Assembly (NCBI GenBank): GCA_950097015.1
Contig: CATNEN010000038.1
Location: 15,748,001-15,812,000, forward strand
Direction of reading: 5' to 3'
DNA length: 64,000 nucleotides
Origin: Macrostomum hystrix
Lineage: Eukaryota > Animalia > Platyhelminthes
Shown: in pieces, positions 14,578 through 27,930 of the stretch
How positions within the stretch are numbered: the first letter of the stretch is position 1
How the letters are laid out: each line of letters begins with the position of its first letter
Program-made: the position numbers and the translations under genes
The notes under the pieces: generated by a model
What the model saw: only the letters and a program-made list of their open reading frames with translations
What the model was told of the DNA's origin: nothing
The model's database searches: none

Positions 14578-15287
14578 ATCTGCTAGACAATGGTATCCAA
14601 TGGATTGCTAAACCATTCTCCTTCGATGAAGAAAACGCTATTTTAATTCTTATAAATCAGTTGCATTAAAATTCGAGTTATGAAGACGAAAAGTTTTTAT
14701 CCTACGTTAAAAATGTTATGCTTTCTTTGTTGTAATAAGCAAAGCTTGTTTTGATTTGGCATAACATTATATGAAATTTGTTATTTTGCTAATTATATTG
14801 CTAATTATATTGCTAATTATTTATTTACTGCAGTTGTCTTCATTTGTTCAGCTTTACATTTTTTAACATGTTTTTAACCAAGTTAATTAATAATTAAAAT
14901 GCAATAATTATATTTATATGGCATTGGCGTGTATTGTTACACTGTAAAACTGCGTGTTGAGTATACAAATTATATATTTAAGAGTTCATTAAGAACTATA
15001 ATCGGAAATGTCACTCGGTGCAAATATTTCTCTACCAGCTGACTTGAAAGGTTATCGCGTATCGCATGCAGTAATAAACTTCACTAAAACTGTTTACGCA
15101 TAGGTATGTAAAAGAATTGAAAGCAATGACTATTACGTAACTTGAGTTCATGTATTACGTAACAGAACAGAAATAGTATATTTAATCTGGTGGAGCAGCC
15201 AATGTGCTAATAGTCTAGCTGTATTTTCGTAAGCAACAGACAACAACAGAATTACAATCGAAAACAGTTCAATAAGGAGATTGTGCA

Positions 15288-18200
15288 ATGCCAAGGAGTG
15301 TGTGCGTTGTAGGCGCCGGCCCGAGTGGTTTAGCCAGCATAAAAAGCTGCTTGGAACAGGGACTGGACTGTACTTGCTACGAGCTGAGTGACGATATTGG
15401 TGAGTTTGAATATTCTTAACACCAGAACACACCTGTGTAACATGTGACCGAAGACTATCTCATATCATTTAACAGCCAGCTAAAAGCATTTTCTACACAA
15501 TGTCAGTATTTTGTAAGTTAGTATAATATTAACAATTATAATAATTTCAGGAGGGCTGCGGGCAATGGCACATCATTTAGTGACACTGGACCCGCATCCA
15601 GTGAGGAGGCAATTCTGCCCATTTCGCTGACTCCTGAGCACACGAACCCAGTTACCTTACGCAGGCACACGCTTGTACACGCTGTGTTCATCTGCACTGA
15701 CTTTCTCATTGTCAGGCAGTGTACACTTTCACTGTGTCTTGGAGGTTGGCCCTCAAGGGCGTAAATTGCACAACATGCCACCCAAGCCTTCTCTCCGCGG
15801 CTGCGCCCCAAATAAATGTGGCCTCGCCGCGGAATCGAGCTCAGGGACCTTGGTGCGAGAGACAAACGCGTTAACCGCTCTGCCACCGACCCCCTGCTAG
15901 GTGGCATCTGGAACGCTGCAAATCCATCAACCAACGCCTCCGTGTACACTAGCTGCACAATGATCAGCAGCAAGCAGATGTCTTGCTTCAGCGATTTTCC
16001 TGCGCCAACTTTAGCGCCAACTTTCATGCATCACCGATGGGTGCTGCTCTACCTGCGACTCTACGCTGAACAGTTTCAGCTGACCTGTCGCATTGTGTTC
16101 GGCGCCAGGGTGCTGTCTGTGAAGCCAGCCGACCCACTGGATGATGACACGAAATGGATTGTTGAAGTCAGTTTGCGGTGAGACAAAAATATTTATTAGA
16201 TAAATCATTTCTTATTGATAATAGTATGATTTCAGACAATTCTAATTATCACAATCAATGAGCTACGCTACCAAATAGCCGATTCATGGAAAAGTTTTCC
16301 GGAAAAAACTGAAATTTTTGGAAAGTGACAACAGAGGAAACTAAATTGTGGGAAAGTAAAACTTCTGTCTGGAGAACTTAATTTCAGGATTGACCACTTT
16401 TAAAAGCTAAATTTCAGCAAATCAACTTGAGATTTCTAGAAAGTGAGATTTCGGGAAAGTGAGATTTCGGGAAAGCTAACTTTTGGGAGATCGAGACGAG
16501 ACGTCTTATGGAACGCATCGAACCCTGACCTGAAGTTTCAATCGATTGAGCTTCACAAAACCGTCCACATCATCGCCAGCTCCGAGAACGGCGCCACCAC
16601 GGAGCTTCGAACCTTCGACGCAGTCTTGGCGTGCAGCGGGCATCACTGGCGGGCCAGCCAGCCGGACATCCCCGGCGTTGACGCCTTCCCAGGCCAGGTG
16701 AGGCACTCTAGCGACTACGCCAGTTATCAGTCATTCGCCGGGCAGCGAGTTCTGGTGGTTGGACTTGGCAACTCGGCAGCCGATATCGCCTGCGAGCTCA
16801 GCTGGCACTGCCGCTCCGTGCTGATCAGCTGCCGCGCTGGCGGCGCATGGATTGTCGGCAAAACCGGACCCTTCGGCTGGCCCATGGACGCCCTGGCGAC
16901 CACCCGACTGGCGAAGCTGCTGCTGCCAGACTGGCTGCTGGAGGCGGCCGTCAAGGTGTTCGCCAACTTCAAGCACTGCCACCGGCGTCTGGGGCTGGAG
17001 CCGCAGTACGGGTGCGTTCAATGGGACGTTGTGTCCTTTCGGAATTTCATTCCTGTTACTTTCATATATTCAACATATTAACAATCCTCGTCGGTGTGTA
17101 CGGTGGCATAAGCCACAAATATGGGCATGAGTTTTCTGCTCACAAAGTGTCATCATGTAACCATGTCGGCTTTTATAGTTGATTAATGTATTACTCGTAC
17201 TGAAACAAAATGGAATTGCCATAGAGGCTTATGAAGAGCAGTGTCCTTGTCACCAGGGTCTTGCCCCTAGGGGGAAATTGGTACTTCTATAGTTACTAAA
17301 GCAAGTTGGTTCATACAGTGTCGATGTCGATGAACTGCTCAAAACTCGCAGGGTTCTCTCGGCCCACCCGACCATCCATGATCAGCTGCAGTATCGCATC
17401 GCTGACGGATTCGTGTCTGTCAAGCCGGGACTAGTACGCTTGGAATCGGACGGTCGGGCGGTGTTCGCTGACGGCACCGGAGCCCCTATCGATGCGGTGA
17501 TCTTTGCCACCGGCTATCGGCCCGAGATGCCGTTCCTGTCGCCAGGTGTGCTTCATGTCGAGTCGGATGGTTGGACTGGCCTGTACAAGTTCACTTTTCA
17601 CAGGCGTTACAACACCTTCGCTGTGGTGGGACTGTTGCAGGTGCGTCAATTAAAGGACGCGTTTATAACTCAATTCGCATGCTATGCTCAAAGTGTTAAA
17701 TATAAATCCCCAGATAATCGGCGCTTTCTTCCCAGTACTTGAGGCTCAGGCCAGGTGGGCCGCAAAGGTGTTCGCTGACCGGAAGAAACGCGCGTCGCTT
17801 CCACCAGCCGAGGTGCGAGATGCTGAGATTGCTTCTCGAAGAAGCAAAATCAAGACCAAATTTCGTCGAACTGCCCGGCACGCAATGGAGGTCGTAAAAT
17901 GCTGCGGATTAGGGATTAGGGATAAGTCAGGAGACATCCCCAATCACTGGATTAGGGATTAGTCAGGAGACATCCCCAATCACTGGATTAGGGATAAGTC
18001 AGGAGACATCCCGAATCACTGGATTAGGGATAAGTCAGGAGACATCCCCAATCACTGGATTAGGGATAAGTCAGGAGACATCCCCAATCACTGGATTAGG
18101 GATTAGTCAGGAGACATCCCCAATCACTGGATTAGGGATAAGTCAGGAGACATCCCCAATCACTGGATTAGGGATTAGTCAGGAGACATCCCCAATCACT

Positions 18201-19727
18201 GGATTAGGGATAAGTCAGGAGACATCCCCAATCACTGGATTAGGGATAAGTCAGGAGACATCCCCAATCACTGGATTAGGGATAAGTCAGGAGACATCCC
18301 CAATCACTGGATTAGGGATTAGTCAGGAGACATCCCCAATCACTGGATTAGGGATAAGTCAGGAGACATCCCCAATCACTGGATTAGGGATAAGTCAGGA
18401 GACATCCCCAATCACTGGATTAGGGATAAGTCAGGAGACATCCCCAATCACTGGATTAGGGATAAGTCAGGAGACATCCCCAATCACTGGATTAGGGATT
18501 AGTCAGGAGACATCCCCAATCACTGGATTAGGGATTAGTCAGGAGACATCCCCAATCACTGGATTAGGGATTAGTCAGGAGACATCCCCAATCACTGGAT
18601 TAGGGATAAGTCAGGAGACATCCCCAATCACTGGATTAGGGATTAGTCAGGAGACATCCCCAATCACTGGATTAGGGATTAGTCAGGAGACATCCCCAAT
18701 CACTGGATTAGGGATAAGTCAGGAGACATCCCCAATCACTGGATTAGGGATTAGTCAGGAGACATCCCCAATCACTGGATTAGGGATTAGTCAGGAGACA
18801 TCCCCAATCACTGGATTAGGGATTAGTCAGGAGACATCCCCAATCACTGGATTAGGGATTAGTCAGGAGACATCCCCAATCACTGGATTAGGGATTAGTC
18901 AGGAGACATCCCCAATCACTGGATTAGGGATTAGTCAGGAGACATCCCCAATCACTGGATAAGGGATAAGTCAGGAGACATCCCCAATCACTGGATTAGG
19001 GATTAGTCAGGAGACATCCCCAATCACTGGATTAGGGATTAGTCAGGAGACATCCCCAATCACTGGATTAGGGATAAGTCAGGAGACATCCCCAATCACT
19101 GGATTAGGGATTAGTCAGGAGACATCCCCAATCACTGGATTAGGGATTAGTCAGGAGACATCCCCAATCACTGGATTAGGGATTAGTCAGGAGACATCCC
19201 CAATCACTGGATTAGGGATTAGTCAGGAGACATCCCCAATCACTGGATTAGGGATTAGTCAGGAGACATCCCCAATCACTGGATTAGGGATTAGTCAGGA
19301 GACACCCCCAATCACTGGATTAGGGATTAGTCAGGAGACACCCCAGATCCTGCCTATTCAGTTCAATCGCCATTTGTATTTTTAAACCATTCAGACACAC
19401 TGGCTGGACGTTATGGACATGTTGGCCGACGAGATCGGTTGCCGGCCGACTCTGTTGTCGTTATTGTTCAGCCTGAGATCACCTGGTCTGGCACTCCGCT
19501 GCTGGTGCCAACCCTGCCTGCCGGCGCAGTACCGCCTGCTGGGCCCCCACCCCTGGCCGGAGGCTGTGAGCTTCATCAACAACGGTTGGCTTGGCGAAAA
19601 AAGAAAGAAAAATGTTCGCACTGCCACTGAAAGTAGTGCAGTTAGGACGAATGAAGGTTATAACTGGATTCTGCTCGCAATGGCTGGACTGGCGCTGGCT
19701 GTGTCCCTGCTAATGGGGTCTTTTTAA
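15288..19727 (+). CDS. FMO: Flavin-containing monooxygenase (dimethylaniline monooxygenase, FMO family), 6 exons
   Basis: Exons 15288-15399, 15901-16177, 16580-17011, 17352-17640, 17714-17890, 19395-19727; phase-consistent. FAD motif [15 protein letters not shown] signature [16 protein letters not shown] motif [19 protein letters not shown], and a C-terminal membrane anchor. Confidence 0.95.
15540..15894 (-). mobile_element. SINE family A, full-length antisense copy in FMO intron 1
   Basis: Reverse complement starts GGGGTCGGTGGCAGAGCGGTTAACGCG (A box) ... GAGCTCGATTCC (B-box-like) and ends in AATTATTAT. Confidence 0.88.
17905..19346. repeat. 36-bp minisatellite (GGATTAGGGAT[A/T]AGTCAGGAGACATCCCCAATCACT)n filling FMO intron 5
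   Basis: Directly visible, about 39 units. Confidence 0.98.
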
Positions 19728-19940
19728 AGATTTTTAATCGTAGACGTTACTAGATCATTGGATATTTATGTAATAAATATATTACAATCCAATGAAGTTA
19801 TTGATTTATTTATAAACCATCTGAGCTAAAGTACCTACTGTGGTAGTCTAGTTTTTATACTTAGGATTTTTTTTGTTTTTTTGAAGTCAAGAAATGAGTT
19901 TTTTGGATTCTAACAAACTGCACTTTTGATTGATGGAGAT

Positions 19941-21420
19941 TGGAAACTGTGAGGTACGGAATGTGAGTAATGGAAACTTTGAGTAATGGAAACTGAGAGT
20001 AATGGAAACTTTGAGTAATGGAAACTGTGAGTAATGTAAACTTTGAGTAATGGAAGCTGTGAGTAATGGAAACTGTGAGTAATGGAAACTGTGAGTAATG
20101 TAAACTTTGAGTAATGGAAGCTGTGAGTAATGGAAACTGTGAGTAATGGAAACTGTGAGTAATGGAAACTGTGAGTAATGTAAACTTTGAGTAATGGAAA
20201 CTGTGAGTAATGGAAACTGTGAGTAATGGAAACTGTGAGTAATGTAAACTTTGAGTAATGGAAGCTGTGAGTAATGTAAACTTTGAGTAATGGAAACTGT
20301 GAGTAACGGAAACTGTGAGTAATGTAAACTTTGAGTAATGTAAACTGTGAGTAATGGAAACTGTGAGTAATGGAAACTTTGAGTAATGGAAACTTTGAGT
20401 AATGTAAACTTTGAGTAATGGAAACTGTGAGTAATGGAAACTGTGAGTAATGGAAACTGTGAGTAATGGAAACTGTGAGTAATGTAAACTTTGAGTAATG
20501 GAAGCTGTGAGTAATGGAAACTGTGAGTAATGGAAACTGTGAGTAATGGAAACTGTGAGTAATGTAAACTTTGAGTAATGGAAACTGTGAGTAATGGAAA
20601 CTGTGAGTAATGGAAACTGTGAGTAATGTAAACTTTGAGTAATGGAAGCTGTGAGTAATGTAAACTTTGAGTAATGGAAACTGTGAGTAACGGAAACTGT
20701 GAGTAATGTAAACTTTGAGTAATGTAAACTGTGAGTAATGGAAACTGTGAGTAATGGAAACTTTGAGTAATGGAAACTTTGAGTAATGTAAACTTTGAGT
20801 AATGGAAACTGTGAGTAATGGAAACTGTGAGTAATGGAAACTGTGAGTAATGTAAACTTTGAGTAATGGAAGCTGTGAGTAATGGAAACTGTGAGTAATG
20901 GAAACTGTGAGTAATGGAAACTGTGAGTAATGTAAACTTTGAGTAATGGAAACTGTGAGTAATGGAAGCTGTGAGTAATGGAAACTGTGAGTAATGGAAA
21001 CTTTGAGTAATGTAAACTGTGAGTAATGTAAACTTTGAGTAATGGAAACTTTGAGTAATGGAAACTTTGAGTAATGTAAACTGTGAGTAATGGAAACTGT
21101 GAGTAATGGAAACTTTGAGTAATGGAAACTTTGAGTAATGTAAACTTTGAGTAATGGAAACTGTGAATAATGGAAACTTTGAGTAATGGAAACTGTGAGT
21201 AATGGAAACTTTGAGTAATGGAAACTGTGAGTAAAGGAAACTTTGAGTAATGGAAACTGTGAGTAATGTAAACTTTGAGTAATGGAAGCTGTGAGTAATG
21301 GAAACTGTGAGTAATGGAAGCTGTGAGTAATGGAAACTGTGAGTAATGGAAACTTTGAGTAATGTAAACTGTGAGTAATGGAAACTGTGAGTAATGGAAA
21401 CTTTGAGTAATGGAAACTTT
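19941..21420. repeat. 16-bp satellite (GAGTAATGGAAACTGT)n
   Basis: Directly visible. Confidence 0.98.
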
Positions 21421-21835
21421 ATGAAATCAAAACTTGCCAAAACGAGCCATGTAAACTTGAGGTTTGGAAATTTTGGAGAAATGTCAAGCTCTTTGATTAA
21501 ACATTAGAAACTTTAAAGAATTGAACCTTTGAAGAATGGAACATTGATGGAATTTTCCAATCACGTCGTCTCGAAAACGTGCTGTTAAATGATTTTTAGT
21601 AAATTCATATAATTTTACAATTACAATACAAAAATACAAAAATTTTAATATAAAATGAGAACATTGAAGCCCAAGAATACTAGTTTTGTCTATGGTAAAA
21701 ATGCACTTTAATTATAAAACAGTATAAGAGAATACCAGTAAGCAGATTCAAGGCAGACAGTTTGTTCTACAAAAAAATTCTGCGACAAAGCACTTGCCAC
21801 TCAAAATTCTGCATCTGAGCAAACAAGCACTTCAG

Positions 21836-24800
21836 ATGGGGCCACGTCCACACTCCTCAGTCAACATCGCCATCATCGTCAGTCTCGGTCTGGTGGCTGC
21901 AGTCAGCTGCAGATGCTCCTACCAGATCTTCGGCCAAATGTCAGACGTCAGACGGGACGCCTTCCTGCTGACTGAGGGCGAGGGTCTTCGACTGTCCTGC
22001 GGCGTCTGCGGCATCTGCCTGCCGGCCTCGCATTCGGGCTGCTCAAATCCCACTAGCCAACTCTGGATGTCCGTGTCCGAAATGGAGAAGGCCCAGATAC
22101 GAAGCCGAACCAAGCTAAAGTACACCTATGACCCGATGGAAGGAAAATATAAGAGCAAGTGAGGCGCCATTCGGTCATGCATTCGGTCTAACAGGAATAT
22201 TCAGTGTCTAACAGGTTCATTTAGTGTCTAACAGGTTTATTTAGTGTCTAACAGAATATTCGATGTTTAACATGAATATTCTGTGTCTAACAGGAATATT
22301 TTGTGTCTAACAGGTTTAATTAGTGTCTAACAGGAACATTCTGTGTCTAAGAAGTTTATTCCGTGTCTAACAGGTATATTTAATGTCTCACCGGCATATT
22401 AAGTGTCTAACAGGTTTAATTAGTGTCTGTCTAACAGGTTTATTCAGTTTCTAACAGGAATATTCAGTGTCTAACAGGTTTAATTAGTGTCTAACAGGTA
22501 TATACAGTGTCTAACAGCTAGATGATCTTGTCTAACAGCTAGATGATCGTGTTAAACAGCTAGATGATCATGTCTAACAGCTAGATGATCGTGTTTAACA
22601 GCTAGATGATCATGTCTAACAGCTAGATGATCGTGTTTAACAGCTAGATGATCTTGTCTAACAGCTAGATGATCGTGTTTAACAGCTAGATGATCATGTC
22701 TAACAGCTAGATGATCGTGTTTAACAGCTAGATGATCATGTCTAACAGCTAGATGATCGTGTTTAACAGCTAGATGATCATGTCTAACAGCTAGATGATC
22801 GTGTTTAACAGCTAGATGATCATGTCTAACAGCTAGATGATCGTGTTTAACAGCTAGATGATCATGTCTAACATCTAGATGATCGTGTTTAACAGCTAGA
22901 TGATGGTGTCTAACATTTTTGAAGCGCAAAAATGAAAATCCGACAACTCGCAGGCGTCAGAGATTCCGCGCTTTCTTGCGGCGGACAAAGGAGCGCCTGG
23001 TGCGTTTTAAGCAGAGGGTGAAGAAGGTCTTCCTGACAGCCAAACGCCACATGGCCAATGCGGTACAGCGTTTCGACAGGCTCAAACGACTGTTCGTGGA
23101 TTCCGATAACGGAGCCGGCTCGTTAAGGGAGGTCTGGTCACCGAAAGAGAACGAAGCTCATCTGCAGTGGTTTGTAGAAAGGGCCAACGGAAAGGTGTCA
23201 AAGGTTAGTGTGAAGTTTTTTTCTAACTATTTCCTTGATCTTTTTAGACAATCAAAAACTTTTTTTCCTAGAATTTTCTTTCTATTTTTTTAATAATCCA
23301 AAAAATTCTTAATAAGCAGTATAGCTATTAACACATTGATTTATTACTTCCAGAAATCATTTTCTTTAGGCTTCTTTTCTAAAAATCGGCTTCTCGTTTT
23401 TTTCCTGGAAATCTCCCTCGTTTATTAATAATCTACGTACGTAAAAGCTGACTCAACGGTTTTTTCTAAGAAATCAGACTACTTAATTTATTTTTTTTAA
23501 CTCTTTCATTCTGGTTTAATTATAGAAGTCTTACTTCGATTATTTGTATTTTTATTTGTATTTAGTATTAGTATTAGATAGTATTAGTATTAGTATTTCA
23601 TATTAGTATTAGTATTAGTATTAGTATAGTATATATTTATATATTATATATACAAATAAATTAGTATATTTGTATTTATTATTCGTATTAGTATTTCATA
23701 TTTGTATTTGTATCTAGTATTAGTATTAGTATTAGTATAGTATTAGTATTAGTATTTCATATTAGTATTAATATTTGTAAAGAAACGGAAAAGAAAAAAA
23801 GAAGTGATTATCGGAGAGTGACTCTGAATGCGGACTATACTATCTGAGAGTGACTCTGAATTTTTTTTTTTTTGTAAAGAAACGGATTCTTCTAATTTAG
23901 TTCTTAGAAAGCGGATGGCAAGAAATTCCCTAGAAATCGTATTTCGAAATCGAAAAGGAATGGAAACCTTTCCTTAGGGACTCTTCTCTTAAATAAAACT
24001 AAACAACGTAAAACCGTCAAAAAAACAACACGGAAAAATGATAAAAAAGCATTTTTTCTCCTCAGATCAAGCACGAATCAGCCGGCAGAATTCTGCTCTA
24101 CGACCTGCTGATTATTGGCCGGTCCTCGGTTGGCAACACCGGTGTGTACACCTGCCGATGGCAGGGCATTACCATGGCTCGCTATGTTGTCACGGTTGTG
24201 GAAGGCGGCGTCGAGCCTTACAGAGAGTTTGAGCCCTCCGTTGGTCGAAGCCTGCAGCCCAAGCTGCTTTCTAAGGCTAATCTCGAGGTCTACACTCGGT
24301 GGATGAACCAGACGCGGTGAGAACACAGAGGATTATCTGCGAGTGGCTCTGAATGGGGGATGATCTGAGAGTGACTCTGAATGGGGACTATCTGAGAGTG
24401 ACTCTGAATGGGGACTATCTGAGAGTGACTCTGAATGGGGACTATCGGAGAGTGACTCTGAATGGGGATTATCGGAGAGTGACTCTGAATGGGGACTATC
24501 TGAGAGTGACTCTGAATGGGGATTATCTGAGAGTGACTCTGAATGGGGGATTATCGGAGAGTGACTCTGAATGGGGATTATCGGAGAGTGACTCTGAATG
24601 GGGATTATCTGAGAGTGACTCTGAATGGGGACTATCTGAGAGTGACTCTGAATGGGGATTATCTGAGAGTGACTCTGAATGGGGACTATCGGAGAGTGAC
24701 TCTGAATGGGGACTATCTGAGGGTGACTCTGAATGGGGACTATATGAGGGTGACTCTGAATGGGGACTATCTGAGGGTGACTCTGAATGGGGACTATCTG

Positions 24801-27800
24801 AGGGTGACTCTGAATGGGGACTATCTGAGAGTGACTCTGAATGGGGGATTATCGGAGAGTGACTCTGAATGGGGATTATCGGAGAGTGACTCTGAATGGG
24901 GATTATCTGAGAGTGACTCTGAATGGGGACTATCTGAGAGTGACTCTGAATGGGGATTATCTGAGAGTGACTCTGAATGGGGATTATCTGAGAGTGACTC
25001 TGAATGGGGATTATCTGAGAGTGACTCTGAATGGGGACTATCGGAGAGTGACTCTGAATGGGGACTATCTGAGGGTGACTCTGAATGGGGACTATATGAG
25101 GGTGACTCTGAATGGGGACTATCTGAGGGTGACTCTGAATGGGGACTATCTGAGGGTGACTCTGAATGGGGACTATCTGAGAGTGACTCTGAATGGGGGA
25201 TTATCTGAGAGTGGTTCTGAATGGGGGATTATCGGAGAGTGACTCTGAATGGGGACTATCTGAGAGTGACTCTGAATGGGGACTATCGGAGAGTGACTCT
25301 GAATGGGGATTATCTGAGAGTGACTCTGAATGGGGATTATCTGAGAGTGACTCTGAATGGGGACTATCGGAGAGTGACTCTGAATGGGGACTATCGGAGA
25401 GTGACTCTGAATGGGGACTATCGGAGAGTGACTCTGAATGGGGACTTATCGGAGAGTGACTCTGAATGGGGGATTATCGGAGAGTGACTCTGAATGGGGG
25501 ATTATCGGAGAGTGATTCTGAATGAGGGATTATCGGAGAGTGACTCTGAATGGGGAATTATCGGAGAGTGACTCTGAATGGGGACTATCTGAGAATGGTT
25601 CTGAATGGGGGATTATCGGAGAGTGACTCTGAATGGGGGATTATCGGAGAGCGACTCTGAATGGGGATTTATCGGAGAGTGACTCTGAATGGGGACTATC
25701 TGAGAATGGTTCTGAATGGGGGATTATCGGAGAGTGACTCTGAATGGGGACTATCTGAGAGTGACTCTGAATGGGGACTATCTGAGAGTGACTCTGAATG
25801 GGGACTATCTGAGAGTGACTCTGAATGGGGACTATCTGAGAGTGACTCTGAATCGGGACTATCGGAGAGTGACTCTGAGATGAGGATTATCGGAGAGTCA
25901 GTCACTATGGCGGATTATCGTAGAGTGACTGAGTGTAGGATTATCGAATAGAGACTGATAGAATTAAACTTTATTAGTTTGAGCATGATGCAGCAACAGG
26001 TATCATCGCTCGCATCCTCTGTTTGCAGATCCGTTTTGGTTAAAGTTCGAAACAGCACCATGGTTAAGGGTACAGTGTTGGCCCATAACATTAGCATCAC
26101 CTGGGGCGTCTGCTATGTGAAGCAGCTGGACGCGGATAGGCCGGTAATACCAGAGGGCAGTCCAATGCTCAAACTCATTCCACACGGCCTGCCGTGCCGT
26201 TCGCACCTGCTGCCAATGAGCATTCGATCGCTGCGAACCATAATTAAACGACCCAGCGAGGCCAAAATTGTTCGGGTTAGAATGCGAGTGACGGCTGTGC
26301 AGTTTGGCTTCGGTCTGATGCCTGCTGAATTCATTTCAACCAGCCCGCCGCCTGTTTCTGTGGAAGCCAGCCTGATCAAGAGGAGCTTTATGATTGCCAA
26401 ACAGGTGATGGGTGACAGGTGATGGGTGACAGGTGATATGTGACAGGTGACAGGTGACAGGTGATGGGTGACAGGTGATGGGTAACAGGTGATGGGTGAC
26501 AGGTGATGGGTAACAGGTGATGGGTGACAGGTGATGGGTGACAGGTGATGCGTGACAGGTGACAGGTGATTGGTGACAGCTGATGTGTGACAGCTGATGG
26601 GTGACAGCTGATGGGTGACAGCTGATGGGTGCTGAGAGATAAGACACGGGATGGATATGACACAGGAGAGATGAGACACGGGATGGATAAGACACAGGAG
26701 AGATGAGACACGGGATGGATAAGACACAGGACACGGCAGAGATGAGACACGGGAGAGATGGGACATGGGAGATTCGAGGGCCGCATCTGGACGTCGAACC
26801 GGAGGTACGAGTAGCTGACCATGCGAGTAAAACTCCGTCAAGCAGGGTGATGATTTCAACATTCCCTACCCATGTTAACCCCACTACAACTTGTCTAGGG
26901 TGGATTCGTCAGCCTATTTTGCCCACTGAGTCGCACTGTGCGCACCTTGATCGTCTGGTTCAAACTGCCAAACGACACTGAACGGCTGTTAATTCGCACG
27001 CAAGACATTGTGGATGGCACAATGGATCCGTTCAGCATGCGAGATGACAGCCGCGGAAGGGTGAGCAGAGATTAATTGTCAGTGTGCACTTTACAGTTAG
27101 CGAATCGCTGTATGAGCATCCGTTGATTGAAAAAGAATGACAACGCTAGGGGTAGTTGAAGAATGAGTGAAGAGATGTGGGAGAGAGTGAATGGGAGTGG
27201 GAAAGTGAAGGGTAGCGGGAGAGTGAAGGGGAGTGGGAGAGTGAAGGGTAGCGGGAGAGTGAAGAGATGTGGGAGAGAGTGAATGGGATGTCGGAGAGAG
27301 TGAATGGGAGTGGGAGAAAGAGTGAAGGGTAGCGGGAGAGTGAAGGGGAGTGGGAGAGTGAAGGGGAGTAGGAGAGTGAAGGGTAGCGGGAGAGTGAAGG
27401 GGAGTGGGAGAGTGAAGGGGAGTAGGAGAGTGAAGGGTAGCGGGAGAGTGAAGGGGAGTAGGAGAGTGAAGGGTAGCGGGAGAGTGAAGGGGAGTGGGAG
27501 AGTGAAGGGGAGTGGGAGAGTGAAGGGGAGTAGGAGAGTGAAGGGTAGCGGGAGAGTGAAGGGGAGTGGGAGATTGAAGGTTTAGTGGGAGCAAAATTCA
27601 CGAGTTTAATGAAGCAAGTTAATTCCTAAATTTATTTTTTCAACCCTTTAACCAATGCAGATATTTACAGATCCCGGCGGCAATTTAAACATAGCGAACG
27701 TCACCAAGGCAACCGATCACCGAAAGTTTTTTTGCCTTCACAAGGGCCGCATTATTGGCTATATCAAACTGATTGTTCGGAACACCGAAGAGGATAGCAA

Positions 27801-27930
27801 GGCAATGAATAGCCTGGAGCTAATCATGAATACAATGCTTGTGGCCTCTCCTCTGATTGTCACGGCTAGCATTCTCTTCCTGACGCTGATCGCCGCATCG
27901 AGCCTGCATGAGCCGCACGTGCCGTGGTGA
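21836..27930 (+). CDS. FAM187A: FAM187A-like Ig-domain single-pass membrane protein, 6 exons
   Basis: Exons 21836-22158, 22954-23203, 24066-24316, 26029-26404, 26899-27060, 27661-27930; phase-consistent. Signal peptide; Ig motif NTGVYTCRW; VYTRW..GVCYVK..GLPCRSHLLP; second Ig domain SLFCP..IVWF..IFTDPGGNLNI..FFC; C-terminal TM. The architecture matches my recollection of FAM187A. Confidence 0.75.
22180..22915. repeat. 20/21-bp minisatellites sharing a GTCTAACAG core; the distal part alternates as a 42-bp dimer
   Basis: Directly visible. Confidence 0.93.
23560..23780. repeat. (TATTAG)n AT-rich microsatellite
   Basis: Directly visible. Confidence 0.85.
24328..25945. repeat. 27-bp minisatellite (GAGAGTGACTCTGAATGGGGACTATCT)n
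   Basis: Directly visible; two stray units at 23805-23860. Confidence 0.97.
26401..26630. repeat. 14-bp minisatellite (ACAGGTGATGGGTG)n starting at a splice donor
   Basis: Directly visible. Confidence 0.9.
26635..26806 (+). mobile_element. Degenerate right-end fragment of the hAT-like MITE
   Basis: GAGATGAGACACGG units followed by GATTCGAGGGCCGCATCTGG..CCGGAGG, which resembles MITE subterminal sequence at 30118-30152. Confidence 0.6.
27160..27580. repeat. 18-bp purine-rich minisatellite (GGGAGAGTGAAGGGGAGT)n
   Basis: Directly visible. Confidence 0.93.

Noticed and set aside
11731-14586. 951-aa ORF of FDKGIEWIANLFL repeats
   Set aside because: A 39-bp unit is a multiple of 3 and stop-free in one frame. 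The ORF has no ATG start and no unique domain, and it begins only after a chance TGA variant. It is a satellite artefact.
17905-19346. Interstitial telomere (TTAGGG in each unit; CCCTAA also at ~55 kb)
   Set aside because: Single hexamers inside longer units, not (TTAGGG)n.
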